DNA of 36,083 nucleotides from Trichloromonas sp. (GCA_041599195.1 JBFHXA010000001.1:1-36083); one strand, 5' to 3'; positions 1 through 13,105 are shown, numbered from the stretch's first letter. Numbers and translations: made by a program. The notes: generated by a model not told the origin, from the letters alone.

Positions 1-633
1 ATCGTTACGGATATTCCTGGCACAACCCGTGATACCATCGAGGAATGCCTGGTTTTGGGGGGCGTTCCGCTGCGGTTGATTGATACGGCAGGGGTGCGTG
101 ATACCGAGGATCCCGTTGAGTTGGAAGGGGTGGCTCGCGCCAAAAAAAAAATAGAGTCGGCTGACCTGGTTTTGCTGGTTATCGATGGCAGTCGCCCGGT
201 CGATGACAACGATTTGCTTGCCCTAGAAAGCTGTCGCCAGTCCAGGGTGCTCTTGGTTTACAATAAGGCCGATCTACCCGCCACGGTCCCTGATGCGCGC
301 TTCAGCCCCTTTCCCAGTGTGACGGTCTCCACCCGCACGGGGGAAGGTCTTGACTTGATTAAGGCTGCTATTGTCGATCTCGTTTGTGGCGACGGCAGAA
401 GCGGTGATGTTCAGATGGACTCGGTTTTTTCCGACCGTCGCCATCGGGAGGCCCTGGTCCGTAGCAGTGAATCGTTGGACCATTTTATCGCAGCCCTGTC
501 CGCTGGAAATTCCCCGGAATTTCTTGCCTTGGATTTACGCGAGGCTCTTCATGCCCTGGGGGAAATTACCGGTGAAACCACTCCAGATGACATACTTGAC
601 CGGATTTTCACACGTTTTTGTATTGGTAAATAG
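1..633 (+). CDS. mnmE: tRNA modification GTPase MnmE (5'-partial)
   Basis: Frame open from base 1: IVTDIPGTTRD (G2), DTAG (G3), NKAD (G4), C-terminal FCIGK; followed by mnmG. Confidence 0.97.
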   Translation: MVTDIPGTTRDTIEECLVLGGVPLRLIDTAGVRDTEDPVELEGVARAKKKIESADLVLLVIDGSRPVDDNDLLALESCRQSRVLLVYNKADLPATVPDARFSPFPSVTVSTRTGEGLDLIKAAIVDLVCGDGRSGDVQMDSVFSDRRHREALVRSSESLDHFIAALSAGNSPEFLALDLREALHALGEITGETTPDDILDRIFTRFCIGK

Positions 634-635
634 AA

Positions 636-651
636 TGTTTCACGTGAAACA
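636..651. promoter_or_regulatory. parS centromere site
   Basis: TGTTTCACGTGAAACA, perfect match to the canonical parS palindrome, just after the mnmE stop and about 2.7 kb from parA. Confidence 0.95.
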
Positions 652-683
652 TCGGCTGGCAACGGATTCAAGGTGAGGTTATT

Positions 684-2549
684 GTGGGGATGACAACGGG
701 TGTGAGTGAGTATCAAGTCATCGTGGTTGGCGGGGGTCATGCCGGATGTGAAGCCGCCCTGGCGTCTGCCCGGATGGGCTGCAAGACCCTGCTGCTCAAT
801 ATGAGCCTGGACGCGGTGGCGCAGATGTCCTGCAATCCCGCCATTGGCGGTCTGGCCAAGGGACACCTGGTCAGGGAGATCGACGCCCTGGGGGGCGAGA
901 TGGGCGCCAATATAGACGCCACCGGCATCCAGTACCGTATTCTCAATACCAGGAAGGGCCCGGCCGTGCGCGCTTCCCGTGCGCAGGCTGATCGACGCCT
1001 GTATGCGGAGCGGATGAAGGGCGTGGTGGAAAGTTTTCCGCTGCTCGATCTGAAGCATGGTGTGGTCACCCGGCTGGTTGTTAAATATAATCGGGTCTGT
1101 GGTGTGGAAACCCGGGAGGGGATCGTTTTTTTTGCCGCAGCGGTGGTGCTGACCACCGGAACCTTCATGCGCGGGCTGATTCATGTCGGGCTTTCTAGCT
1201 ATCCTGGTGGTCGGGCGGGAGAGCCGGCGTCGGAGGGTTTGTCTGATTCTCTGCGCAGCCTGGGGATGAAGGTTGGACGGCTTAAAACCGGCACCCCGGC
1301 CCGCCTGGATCGGCGCTCGATTGATTTTTCACGACTTGAGCCGCAATATGGGGATGATCCGCCGCAGCCCTTTTCCTTTATGACCAGGAAAATCGATCGA
1401 CCGCAAGTTCCCTGTTATATCACCTACACCAACAGTCAAACTCACGACCTGATCCGCTCAGGGCTCGATCGTTCTCCGCTTTACAGCGGGGTGATCGAGG
1501 GGGTCGGCCCCCGCTATTGCCCGTCGATCGAAGACAAGGTGGTGCGTTTTCCCGAGAAGGACAAGCACCAGATCTTTCTCGAGCCCGAGGGGTTGAACTG
1601 CGCTGAGATTTATCCCAACGGGGTGTCGACCTCGCTGCCTCCGGATGTCCAGTTGGCTTTTCTGCGCACTATCCCAGGGCTTGAATCCGTCGAGATCATG
1701 CGCCCGGGGTATGCGATTGAATATGATTTTGTTGATCCGATACAGCTCTACCCTACCCTCGAAACCAAGGCGGTCGAGTTTCTCTATCATGCCGGGCAAA
1801 TCAATGGCACCTCCGGCTATGAAGAGGCCGCCGCCCAGGGGTTGGTCGCAGGGGCCAATGCGGCGCTTAAGGTGTTGGGCAAAGAGCCGTTGATCATCGG
1901 CCGCGATCAAGGGTACACCGGGGTGCTGATTGATGATCTGGTCAACCTGGGGGCCACTGAACCATACCGGATGTTTACTTCACGAGCCGAATACCGGCTG
2001 CTGCTGAGAGAAGATAATGCCGACCAGCGGTTGACCCCAGCCGGATATGCGGCCGGTTTGGTCCCCGCTGCGCGCTGGCAACAGTTCGAAAGCAAGATGG
2101 AAAGCCTGAACCGGGGGGCCGAGCGCTTGCAGGAACTGCGGGTGTCGGGCTCCGACCGGGTGTCGGTCTCGCGACTGGACCTGGGGGAACTGAAAAACGG
2201 CGCCTCACTGCTGGAGTTGCTGCGGCGACCGGAAATTACGATAAGTGACCTGCTGTTTCTTGACCCGACCTTGGCCGGGATGGACGACGACGTTCTGGAG
2301 CAGTTGGAGATTGCGACTAAGTACGAAGGTTATATCAAGCGGCAATTGGAGCAGGTCGAACGTTTTCGGCGGACCGAAAATGTGGCGATTCCAGAGGGGT
2401 TCAACTATGACCGGGTTTCCGGCTTGTCGGCCGAGGTTCAGGAAAAGCTTAGCAAGGTCTGTCCGCGCACCCTGGGGCAGGCGGCAAGGATTCCCGGGGT
2501 AACCCCGGCGGCCATTGCCATTCTGAGTGTGTTGCTGCGCCGTGGCTGA
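684..2549 (+). CDS. mnmG: tRNA uridine-5-carboxymethylaminomethyl(34) synthesis enzyme MnmG (GidA)
   Basis: [17 protein letters not shown] motif, [51 protein letters not shown]; start may be ATG 690. Confidence 0.98.
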   Translation: MGMTTGVSEYQVIVVGGGHAGCEAALASARMGCKTLLLNMSLDAVAQMSCNPAIGGLAKGHLVREIDALGGEMGANIDATGIQYRILNTRKGPAVRASRAQADRRLYAERMKGVVESFPLLDLKHGVVTRLVVKYNRVCGVETREGIVFFAAAVVLTTGTFMRGLIHVGLSSYPGGRAGEPASEGLSDSLRSLGMKVGRLKTGTPARLDRRSIDFSRLEPQYGDDPPQPFSFMTRKIDRPQVPCYITYTNSQTHDLIRSGLDRSPLYSGVIEGVGPRYCPSIEDKVVRFPEKDKHQIFLEPEGLNCAEIYPNGVSTSLPPDVQLAFLRTIPGLESVEIMRPGYAIEYDFVDPIQLYPTLETKAVEFLYHAGQINGTSGYEEAAAQGLVAGANAALKVLGKEPLIIGRDQGYTGVLIDDLVNLGATEPYRMFTSRAEYRLLLREDNADQRLTPAGYAAGLVPAARWQQFESKMESLNRGAERLQELRVSGSDRVSVSRLDLGELKNGASLLELLRRPEITISDLLFLDPTLAGMDDDVLEQLEIATKYEGYIKRQLEQVERFRRTENVAIPEGFNYDRVSGLSAEVQEKLSKVCPRTLGQAARIPGVTPAAIAILSVLLRRG

Positions 2550-3204
2550 TCCGATTATAAGCAAGCTGCTGGCCTCTCAGTTGACTTCTCTTGGGCTGCC
2601 GGTCGAAGAACCAGATCGTGTACGCCTGCTGTGGTTGGGCGAAGAACTGCTGCGTTGGAACCGGCGGGTCAACCTGACCGCGATCACCCGAATGGACGAG
2701 GTGGTCGAAAAGCATATCGTCGATTCCCTGGCGCTGCTGCCTTTGTTGTCCGGACGGGAGCGGGTTCTGGACGTCGGTTCGGGGGGTGGTTTTCCTGGGC
2801 TGCCGCTGAAAATCGCCTGCAATTCTTTACGGCTCGTCTCCGTGGATGCTGTGGCCAAGAAGATCAACTTTCAGCGGCACGTTGTTCGCCAGTTGGGATT
2901 GACCGATTGCATCCCCCTGCATATGCGTATAGAGGATGTGCCCGATTGGGAGGGGTTCGGCCAGGGGTTTGATGTAATCGTCTCGCGGGCTTTTGCCTCG
3001 CTCGATGATTTTGTCCGCTTGACCCTCCCCTGTCTGGCCGAAGGCGGGAGGCTGGTTGCCATGAAGGGTCCGGAGGGGGACAGGGAGCTGCTGCAGGGCT
3101 CCGGCCTGTTGGCCGGCCTGGGGCTAAGGAGTGAGGGGGTCGAACGAATAACCCTTCCTGCCTCCGGGGCGGAGCGTCTCTTGATCTCCCTCCGCAAGGT
3201 CTGA
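2542..3204 (+). CDS. rsmG: 16S rRNA m7G527 methyltransferase RsmG (GidB)
   Basis: [26 protein letters not shown] motifs; GTG 2542 overlapping the mnmG end chosen as start. Confidence 0.96.
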   Translation: MADPIISKLLASQLTSLGLPVEEPDRVRLLWLGEELLRWNRRVNLTAITRMDEVVEKHIVDSLALLPLLSGRERVLDVGSGGGFPGLPLKIACNSLRLVSVDAVAKKINFQRHVVRQLGLTDCIPLHMRIEDVPDWEGFGQGFDVIVSRAFASLDDFVRLTLPCLAEGGRLVAMKGPEGDRELLQGSGLLAGLGLRSEGVERITLPASGAERLLISLRKV

Positions 3205-3223
3205 TTCTTTTATCGGTTTTATT

Positions 3224-3271
3224 CCACTACATCTGGTGCCCACCAGGGAAGCCGCCCCCTATATGTTTGAT
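3224..3271. promoter_or_regulatory. Candidate tandem NrdR boxes upstream of parA
   Basis: CCACTACATCTGGTGC (3224-3239) and CCCCTATATGTTTGAT (3256-3271) resemble acaCwAtATaTwGtgt; starts are 32 bp apart. Confidence 0.55.
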
Positions 3272-3307
3272 GAAGCTTAACCCTTGGCCTGTTTTTCCTT
3301 TTTTTCT

Positions 3308-3335
3308 TTGAGGAATAAGGGGGTTATGTTACTCT
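3308..3335 (+). promoter_or_regulatory. Putative sigma70 promoter of parAB
   Basis: TTGAGG-16 bp-TACTCT with an extended -10 TG; AAGGAG SD before ATG 3372. Confidence 0.35.
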
Positions 3336-3371
3336 TTCCGACCCGACGCAGGTTTAAGGAGATCAGGATTT

Positions 3372-4136
3372 ATGGCCCAGATAGTTGCTGTCGCCAATCA
3401 GAAAGGCGGAGTTGGCAAAACGACGACCTCCGTCAATCTGGCTGCGTCTCTGGCGGCAGCGGAAAAGCGCACTCTGCTGGTCGACATGGATCCGCAGGCC
3501 AACGCCTGCAGCGGATTCGGTCTCGATAAGCGCAAGCAGGAACTCACCGTCTACAGCGCCCTGCTCGGCGACGCCTCCATCCGGGATGTCCGGGTTCGTT
3601 CCCATCTCGATCATCTTGACATTCTACCGTCCAATACCGATCTGATCGGCGCCGAAATCGAACTGGTCACCGCCTTTGCCCGCGAGTGCAAACTGCAGGG
3701 GGTGCTCAATGAAATCCGTGAAGATTACGATTATATCATTATTGACTGTCCCCCTTCCCTTGGGCTGCTGACGGTCAACGCTCTGACCGCGGCCGATTCG
3801 GTTTTAATCCCGCTGCAGTGCGAGTTTTACGCGATGGAAGGCCTCAGTCATTTGATGCAGACCATTCGGCTGATCCAGAAGCAGCTGAACCCGGCATTGA
3901 AAATTTTGGGGATTCTGCTGACCATGTTTGACGGTCGCAATAACCTTTCACATCAGGTCAGCGAGGAGATCCGCGCCCACTTCGGCGACCAGGTTTTTTC
4001 CTCGGTAATCCCCCGCAATGTACGCCTCTCGGAAGCGCCGAGTCACGGGCTTCCGGTTCTTCTTTATGACATCTCCTCCCGTGGCGCAGTCGCTTATCTG
4101 GAACTGGCCAAGGAAATCATCGAAGCAGGACATTGA
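3372..4136 (+). CDS. parA: Chromosome partitioning ATPase ParA/Soj
   Basis: Deviant Walker A NQKGGVGKTT, DPQAN, IIDCPPSLG, IPRNVRLSEAPSHG. Confidence 0.97.
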   Translation: MAQIVAVANQKGGVGKTTTSVNLAASLAAAEKRTLLVDMDPQANACSGFGLDKRKQELTVYSALLGDASIRDVRVRSHLDHLDILPSNTDLIGAEIELVTAFARECKLQGVLNEIREDYDYIIIDCPPSLGLLTVNALTAADSVLIPLQCEFYAMEGLSHLMQTIRLIQKQLNPALKILGILLTMFDGRNNLSHQVSEEIRAHFGDQVFSSVIPRNVRLSEAPSHGLPVLLYDISSRGAVAYLELAKEIIEAGH

Positions 4137-4137
4137 T

Positions 4138-4986
4138 ATGGCAAAACGACCCGCCCTGGGCAAGGGCATCGGAGCACTCTTGAACTCGGCCAGCCATGAA
4201 GGCCGAAAGTATTTCCTCTGTCCTATTGAGGAGTTACGCCCACACAGCAGTCAGCCGCGGAAAACTTTCAACGACGAGAAAATGGCCGAACTGGTCGCAT
4301 CGATCAGGGAAAAAGGGGTGATTCAGCCCCTGGTCGTACGTCAGGTCGATGATCATTATCAGATCATTGCCGGCGAACGGCGCTGGCGGGCTTCCCAGAA
4401 AGCCGGACTGCGCGAAGTACCGGTTGTCATCCAGGATGTTTCCGAGGACTGGGCCCTGGAAATGGCGCTGATCGAAAATATCCAGCGTGAAGACCTCAAC
4501 CCGATCGAAGAGGCCGAGGCCTACCGCAACCTGATGGAGAATTTCGAATTTTCCCAGGAAGAGATGGCGAAACGGGTCGGCAAGGACCGTTCGACCGTGG
4601 CAAATTCCCTGCGGCTCCTGCGTCTACCCGAGAAGGTGCGTGAAGATGTCATGCTGGCCCGTCTGAGCATGGGGCATGCCCGCGCCCTGCTGGCTCTCGA
4701 CAGCAATGAAGATCTGCTCGAGGCTCGCGACCAGGTGGTGCAGAAACGCTATTCGGTGCGCGAAACCGAGGCCCTCGTCAAGAAAATCAAGAGCTTCGGA
4801 CTGACTTCAAAGACCAGTAAGAAACGGGAAAGCGACCCCCAGTTGCAGCATCTCGAAGGCGAATTAAAGAAGGCCCTGGGTACCCAGGTCCGGATCGCCG
4901 CCAAGGGCAAGGGGGGGAAGATCGAAATATCCTATTTTTCCGCCGCCGAACTCGATCGTCTGCTGGAGCAGTTGGGGGTTTCCTGA
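4138..4986 (+). CDS. parB: Chromosome partitioning protein ParB/Spo0J
   Basis: N-terminal KRPALGKGIGAL ParA-stimulating peptide, QPRK, GERRWRA CTPase motif, ENIQREDL, HTH; ATG 4138 directly after the parA stop. Confidence 0.97.
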   Translation: MAKRPALGKGIGALLNSASHEGRKYFLCPIEELRPHSSQPRKTFNDEKMAELVASIREKGVIQPLVVRQVDDHYQIIAGERRWRASQKAGLREVPVVIQDVSEDWALEMALIENIQREDLNPIEEAEAYRNLMENFEFSQEEMAKRVGKDRSTVANSLRLLRLPEKVREDVMLARLSMGHARALLALDSNEDLLEARDQVVQKRYSVRETEALVKKIKSFGLTSKTSKKRESDPQLQHLEGELKKALGTQVRIAAKGKGGKIEISYFSAAELDRLLEQLGVS

Positions 4987-5001
4987 AGGGATTGACGGAT
5001 A

Positions 5002-5400
5002 ATGATCAAAAGGAAGGATAAGCAACTCATGCGCAAGGAAACTCCCGTCGAGAAAAGCGACATCAAGGCCTTTCTCGGCCCAGGAAGCCAGTTTGAAGGA
5101 AAGTTGCTGTTTGATGAAATCGTGCGGATTGATGGGGTGTTCCGCGGCGAGATCATGTCCAAGGACACCCTGATCATTGGCCAGACGGCAGATATTCAGG
5201 CCGAGGTGACGGTTGGGACGCTGATCATAAGCGGGCGCTTTAAGGGAAACATCAAGGCAACCAGCAAGGTTGAATTGAGGTCCCCTGCGCAGCTGGAGGG
5301 CTGTCTCGAGACGCCGCTGCTGATCGTCGAAGAGGGGGTCATTCTGAATGGTACCCTGGCCATGGGCCAGACGGCAAAACGGCAAGCCGACAGCGATTAG
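5002..5400 (+). CDS. Bactofilin (polymer-forming cytoskeletal protein)
   Basis: Beta-helix repeats (FEGKL..IDGVFRGEI..IIG..I.AEV..G.FKGNI..V.L..LEG..LIVEEGVILNG); second in-frame ATG at 5029. Confidence 0.9.
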   Translation: MIKRKDKQLMRKETPVEKSDIKAFLGPGSQFEGKLLFDEIVRIDGVFRGEIMSKDTLIIGQTADIQAEVTVGTLIISGRFKGNIKATSKVELRSPAQLEGCLETPLLIVEEGVILNGTLAMGQTAKRQADSD

Positions 5401-5407
5401 GTGAGTT

Positions 5408-5433
5408 TGGCCATTTTTAGCGAAAAATGGCCA
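5408..5433. other. Stem-loop after the bactofilin gene (possible terminator or mRNA stabiliser)
   Basis: TGGCCATTTTT-AGCG-AAAAATGGCCA, perfect 11-bp stem; no downstream U-tract. Confidence 0.5.
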
Positions 5434-5462
5434 CCGTTCCGCGCCAGATCGGGAAAAGCTAC

Positions 5463-5492
5463 TTGACAGCAGGGTGTCGTCTGTGATAGCAA
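5463..5492 (+). promoter_or_regulatory. Putative sigma70 promoter of the atp operon
   Basis: TTGACA (5463-5468), 18-bp spacer, TG-n-TAGCAA. Confidence 0.5.
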
Positions 5493-5539
5493 TGCCCTGT
5501 TTTGCTTGCCGTCCAATTGGCGTTTTTATTGCCGGCAGG

Positions 5540-5556
5540 TTGTATACAGTATGCAT
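5540..5556. promoter_or_regulatory. Palindromic operator in the atp leader
   Basis: TTGTATACAGTATGCAT; its reverse complement matches 13041-13057 at 16/17 positions. Confidence 0.7.
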
Positions 5557-5609
5557 TAAGCAGCGCAATTTCCCAAAGTCTGACAGCCAGTTAATTCAAG
5601 AGGTGTGTA

Positions 5610-6035
5610 GTGATTGAAGTCGATTGGACAATTTGGATTCAGTTTGCCAACTTTTTCGTGTTGATGGCGGTTCTGAACTTCCTCCTGTACCGTCCCCTGC
5701 GCGGCATCCTGAATCGTCGTCGGGAAACCATTGACGGTTCCTACGCCAAGGCGAAAGAGCTCGAGGCCCAGATCAACGAAAAGATGGAGCGCTACCAGGA
5801 ACAGCTTCAGGCGGCCAAGCTCAAAGGCAACGAGGAGCGGGCTGAAATGCGCAAGGCTGCCGCAGGAGAAGAAGCGGAGATTCTCGGCAAGGCCCAGGCG
5901 AAGGCGACTGCTCAGCTGCAGGAAATCAAGAGCAAGGTGGCCGGTGAAGCCGACGCGGCAGCCAAGGCACTGAAGAAGGAAACCGAGGGCCTGGCTAGTC
6001 AAATCGCCTCCAAGGTTTTGGGGAGGGCTCTGTAA
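5610..6035 (+). CDS. atpF2: ATP synthase F0 subunit b'
   Basis: N-terminal TM helix (IQFANFFVLMAVLNFLLYRPL) followed by a charged coiled coil; first gene of the atp operon. Confidence 0.9.
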   Translation: MIEVDWTIWIQFANFFVLMAVLNFLLYRPLRGILNRRRETIDGSYAKAKELEAQINEKMERYQEQLQAAKLKGNEERAEMRKAAAGEEAEILGKAQAKATAQLQEIKSKVAGEADAAAKALKKETEGLASQIASKVLGRAL

Positions 6036-6637
6036 ATGAACGTCAGGGGTTTTCGCATGAACAAGAAGCTTGTCTCTGTCGCTACCGGCATCCTGCTGGT
6101 CGGAATTGCGGCCTCAGCCATTGCCGCGGGCGGTGAAAGTGGCCACCATGCCGACAGCGGTGTACTGCTGACCGACTTTCTTTACCGGTGTTTTAACTTC
6201 GCCGTGACCTTCGGCCTGCTGGCCTACTTCGTCACCAAGCCGATCCGCAAGGGCCTTTCCGGCCGCCGTGAGGGGATCGAAAAGGCTCTTGAGGAAGCCA
6301 AGGTTTCCCAGGAGAAGGCAGAAGCCAAGTTTGCCGAGTATGATGGTAAGTTGAACCTCGCCTCGGCCGAGATCGATGAGATTTACGAGGCCATCAAGCG
6401 TGAAGGTTTGCTGGAGCGGGAGAAGATTCTCGCCAACGCCAACGAAATGGCGCAGAAAATAGAAGACGAAGCGAAAAAGTCGGCCGCCCGGGAAATTTCC
6501 AACGCCCGCGCCCTGTTGCGCCGCGAAGCGACGGCCATGGCCATCGAAATCGCCGAAGATATCCTCAAGAAAAATTTCACCAGCCAGGACCAGAGCCGCT
6601 TGGTGGATGAATACATGCAGAAGGTGGGAGAACTACA

Positions 6638-6641
<4 letters not shown>
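6036..6641 (+). CDS. atpF: ATP synthase F0 subunit b
   Basis: Signal-like N-terminus, TM segment (NFAVTFGLLAYFVTKPI), coiled coil; start may be ATG 6057. Confidence 0.9.
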
Positions 6642-8697
<2,056 letters not shown>

Positions 8698-8725
8698 TTA
8701 ATCGCCAAGCTAAAGGTTTAGACAG

Positions 8726-9595
8726 ATGGCAAATCTGAAGGACATAAAAAAACGGATCGTCTCGGTCAAGAACACGCAGCAGATCACCAAGGCCATGAAG
8801 ATGGTCTCCGCAGCCAAGCTGCGGCGTGCCCAGGAGGCGGTGGTCGCATCGCGCCCCTATGCCGACAAGATGCTGGAGGTTATTTCCAGTCTGGCGGGAC
8901 GGGAAGATGCTGAGGCTCATCCGCTCCTCCAGCCACGGGGTAAAAAACGGGCGCTGGTGGTCGTGATGACCGCTGATCGTGGGCTCTGCGGTGGTTTTAA
9001 TGCCAACATATGCAAGGCTGCTGAACGTTTCGTTCGGAAAAACGAGAATGAATTCGAAGCCTACGACCTGATGATTATTGGTCGTAAGGGCAAAGAATAT
9101 CTCAAAACCCGTAGTGGACTGAATATCGCCAAGGTTTATGAAAATATAAACGCCACTGTTTCCTACAGTACCGCTTCGCTTCTCGGTCAGGAAATCGTGG
9201 AAGGCTATGCCTCGGAACAGTATGACGCGGTTTACATGATCTATAACGCTTTCCGTAGCGCCGTGACTCAGGTGGTGACGGTAGGTCAGTTGTTACCGAT
9301 CGTTCCGAAGCCGGTTGAGGACGGGATTCAGCTGGTTCAGCATCTGTATGAACCGAACCGTGGTGAGGTTCTCGAGCAGTTGCTGCCCAAAAATGTTGAG
9401 GTCCAGATTTTCCGCAGTCTGCTTGAATCGGTTGCCTCTGAATACGGTGCACGTATGAGTGCCATGGACAGCGCCAGTAAAAATGCCAAAGAAATGATCG
9501 GCAAGCTGACGCTCAAGTACAACCGTGCACGCCAGGCCGCCATCACTACAGAGCTCATGGAGATAATTTCCGGAGCTGAATCGATAAAGAATTAA
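8726..9595 (+). CDS. atpG: ATP synthase F1 subunit gamma
   Basis: [41 protein letters not shown]. Confidence 0.98.
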   Translation: MANLKDIKKRIVSVKNTQQITKAMKMVSAAKLRRAQEAVVASRPYADKMLEVISSLAGREDAEAHPLLQPRGKKRALVVVMTADRGLCGGFNANICKAAERFVRKNENEFEAYDLMIIGRKGKEYLKTRSGLNIAKVYENINATVSYSTASLLGQEIVEGYASEQYDAVYMIYNAFRSAVTQVVTVGQLLPIVPKPVEDGIQLVQHLYEPNRGEVLEQLLPKNVEVQIFRSLLESVASEYGARMSAMDSASKNAKEMIGKLTLKYNRARQAAITTELMEIISGAESIKN

Positions 9596-9600
9596 TCTGA

Positions 9601-11055
<1,455 letters not shown>

Positions 11056-11068
11056 TAAAAGATGCAGC

Positions 11069-11089
11069 GGCGGGGCCATTGGCCCCGCC
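11069..11089. other. Intergenic stem-loop between atpD and atpC
   Basis: GGCGGGGCC-ATT-GGCCCCGCC, 9-bp GC stem without a U-tract. Confidence 0.5.
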
Positions 11090-11111
11090 AATCCGGTAAA
11101 GGACGTTCGTA

Positions 11112-11525
11112 ATGGCAGAAAAGCTCATACTCGAATTAGTCACTCCCTATAAAAAGGCGCTGTCCGAGGAAGTGGACGAAGTCACCGCACCAGGTACTCT
11201 GGGTGAATTCGGTATTCTTCCTGGGCACACACCGATGCTGACCACGCTCAAAATCGGTGAGTTGTCTTACCGCAAGGGAGGCGAAAACTTTCACCTGGCC
11301 GTGAACTGGGGCTATGTGGAAGTTGAAAATGACAAGGTCACGGTTCTGGTGGAAACCGCCGAACCTGCTGACGAGATTGACCTCGAGCGGGCCAAGGCTG
11401 CCCTGGGTCGGGCCGAGGAGGCTCTCAAGAAGCTCGCTTCCGAAGACAAGGACTTCATGGTTATGCAGGCGGCTCTGGATCGGGCCCTGATCCGTATCCA
11501 GGTGGCTGGCCGCAAGGCTCGCTGA
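11112..11525 (+). CDS. atpC: ATP synthase F1 subunit epsilon
   Basis: LELVTP, GEFGILPGH, EIDLERA. Confidence 0.97.
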   Translation: MAEKLILELVTPYKKALSEEVDEVTAPGTLGEFGILPGHTPMLTTLKIGELSYRKGGENFHLAVNWGYVEVENDKVTVLVETAEPADEIDLERAKAALGRAEEALKKLASEDKDFMVMQAALDRALIRIQVAGRKAR

Positions 11526-11548
11526 TTGATTTAATTCGCAAATGTTCA

Positions 11549-11588
11549 ACAACAAAAGGGCGACCCGCATGGGTCGCCCTTTTGTTGT
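11549..11588. terminator. Bidirectional intrinsic terminator
   Basis: ACAACAAAAGGGCGACCC-GCAT-GGGTCGCCCTTTTGTTGT, perfect 18-bp inverted repeat between convergent atpC and gntR. Confidence 0.92.
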
Positions 11589-11603
11589 ACTGGCAGATAT
11601 CGT

Positions 11604-12332
11604 TCAGGCGTTGGCTGGCTTGATCAGAAATTCGGACATCTTCTGCTTGACGATCGAGAGGTGATCGATCATTTTTTGCCGGGCCAGGTCCGGGTCGCGG
11701 GCCGAAATGGCGCTGATGATCGCTTCGTGCTGGGCCAGCAGGATCTGGGCGTAGCCTTCACGGCGGTAGAATTCAAACAGGGCGACTTCGATGGTGGCCT
11801 TGAAAAGCGAGTGAATGGTATTCAGAACATGCACCTGAATGGTGTTGTGGCTGGCGCTGGTGATGGCGTAGTGAAAGCGGGTATCGACGTCGGCAGGCCA
11901 GCCTCCGGTAGGGGCCAGCCGGCGCATTTCTTCGAGCAGTCCGCTCATCTCGGCAATTTCTTCGTCGGTGGCATTCTGGGCGGCCAGGTAGGCGGACCAG
12001 CTTTCCAGCCCGATGCGCACCTCGGAGAGGTCATGCAGCAGCCGGGTGTTGTTGGCCATCATGCCAGTCAGGGGGTCGGCGATCGAATGTTCGGTCAGGG
12101 AGCGGACGTAGGTCCCCCCGCCCTGCCGCGATTCGACCAGGCCCATGGCTTCGAGCACCATGATCGCTTCCCGGACGGATGGCCGGCTGACGCCGAGCAT
12201 GGCGGCCAGGTCGCGCTCCGAGGGGACACGTTCTCCAGGCTTGAGCTGGCCCTGGGAAATCAGCGCCTTGATCTGTTCAACAATTTCTTCGGAGATTTTT
12301 TTAGGCTTTATCGGCTTGAATAAAGTGGTCAC
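11604..12332 (-). CDS. GntR family regulator, FadR subfamily (LldR/PdhR/GlcC-like)
   Basis: wHTH (LKPGERVPSERDLAAMLGVSRPSVREA..GGGTYV) plus FCD (D..FH..I..ASHN, QHEAI); GTG 12332 with GGAG SD. Confidence 0.93.
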   Translation of the reverse strand: MTTLFKPIKPKKISEEIVEQIKALISQGQLKPGERVPSERDLAAMLGVSRPSVREAIMVLEAMGLVESRQGGGTYVRSLTEHSIADPLTGMMANNTRLLHDLSEVRIGLESWSAYLAAQNATDEEIAEMSGLLEEMRRLAPTGGWPADVDTRFHYAITSASHNTIQVHVLNTIHSLFKATIEVALFEFYRREGYAQILLAQHEAIISAISARDPDLARQKMIDHLSIVKQKMSEFLIKPANA

Positions 12333-12351
12333 GCCATTACTCCATGATTGC

Positions 12352-12394
12352 ATTGGTATGACCAGTTTCTAACATGCACGGGAAAAAAGGTCAA
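12352..12394 (-). promoter_or_regulatory. Sigma70 promoter with adjacent FadR-subfamily operator
   Basis: Minus strand TTGACC-17 bp-TAGAAA (TGn extended); palindrome TGGTATGACCA (12354-12364) of the TGGT-N3-ACCA type lies over the predicted start site. Confidence 0.7.
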
Positions 12395-12410
12395 GGATGA
12401 CGTGCAGGCG

Positions 12411-12932
12411 TCAGTTACCGACCAATGCCCCGGAGGCAAATTTCTCCAGGGGCAATTCGAGGTTGTGGCCGACGGAGGAAATTTAGATAAAATCGACCTG
12501 CGACGGGCCCAGAACTGCGTGTGCGATGCAGGTGATCGGGGATATCAACTTGGTTGAGCCGGCCCGGGCAGGGTGAAAAGATCGGGGGCGGTCAGGGTGG
12601 TATAGATATTATCCGTATCTTTTTCCTCGACGACGAAGGAGATGGAGGATCGAGAAGCGTGCGCAGTTCCCTTTCGACGGTAAAACCGGATCAGGCTGCC
12701 GATTGCATAGGCGATGATACCGGTGCAGAAAATCAACAGCAGGGTGAACGCCCTCCCCTCGTCGGGAGAGTTCGTGCACATCTTTGAAGCCGACCGTCGC
12801 CAGGGCGATGACGGTCATATACAGGGAGTCAAAGACGCTCCAGTCTTCAAGCAGGCAGTAGCCGAAGGTGCAGAAGCCGATGATGGCGAAGAGGATAAAT
12901 ATGGCAAATTTGAGATGTCGAACAGAATCCAT
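12411..12932 (-). pseudogene. Decayed TrkA/RCK-domain potassium channel
   Basis: MDSVRHLK..TM..FDSLYMTVIALATVGF pore motif, then frameshifted fragments AFTLLLIF..IAYAIGSLI, DNIYTTLTA, RAGSTKLISP..VLGPSQVDFI*..HNLELPLE; stops and internal deletions. Confidence 0.85.
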
Positions 12933-13030
12933 ACAACACCGAGTTGGGGGAATCCGCGGATAATATCGGCAGGTAGGCCAAAAGGCGAGGAGATATAGAG
13001 AGTTGCATGATGTCGACATGTTAAAAAAGC

Positions 13031-13058
13031 TTGACATGCGATGTATACTGTATACAAT
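13031..13058 (+). promoter_or_regulatory. Sigma70 promoter of the second gntR, overlapped by a palindromic operator
   Basis: TTGACA-16 bp-TACAAT; perfect palindrome TGTATAC-T-GTATACA at 13042-13056; extra half-site GTATACAA at 13077-13084. Confidence 0.8.
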
Positions 13059-13105
13059 TTGCAGCAATGCAATGACGTATACAACAATGGTGGTGGAGGA
13101 TTGCA

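Noticed and set aside
4018-4137. 40-aa N-terminal extension of ParB in the ORF track
   Set aside because: Overlaps parA; the conserved ParB N-terminus begins at ATG 4138
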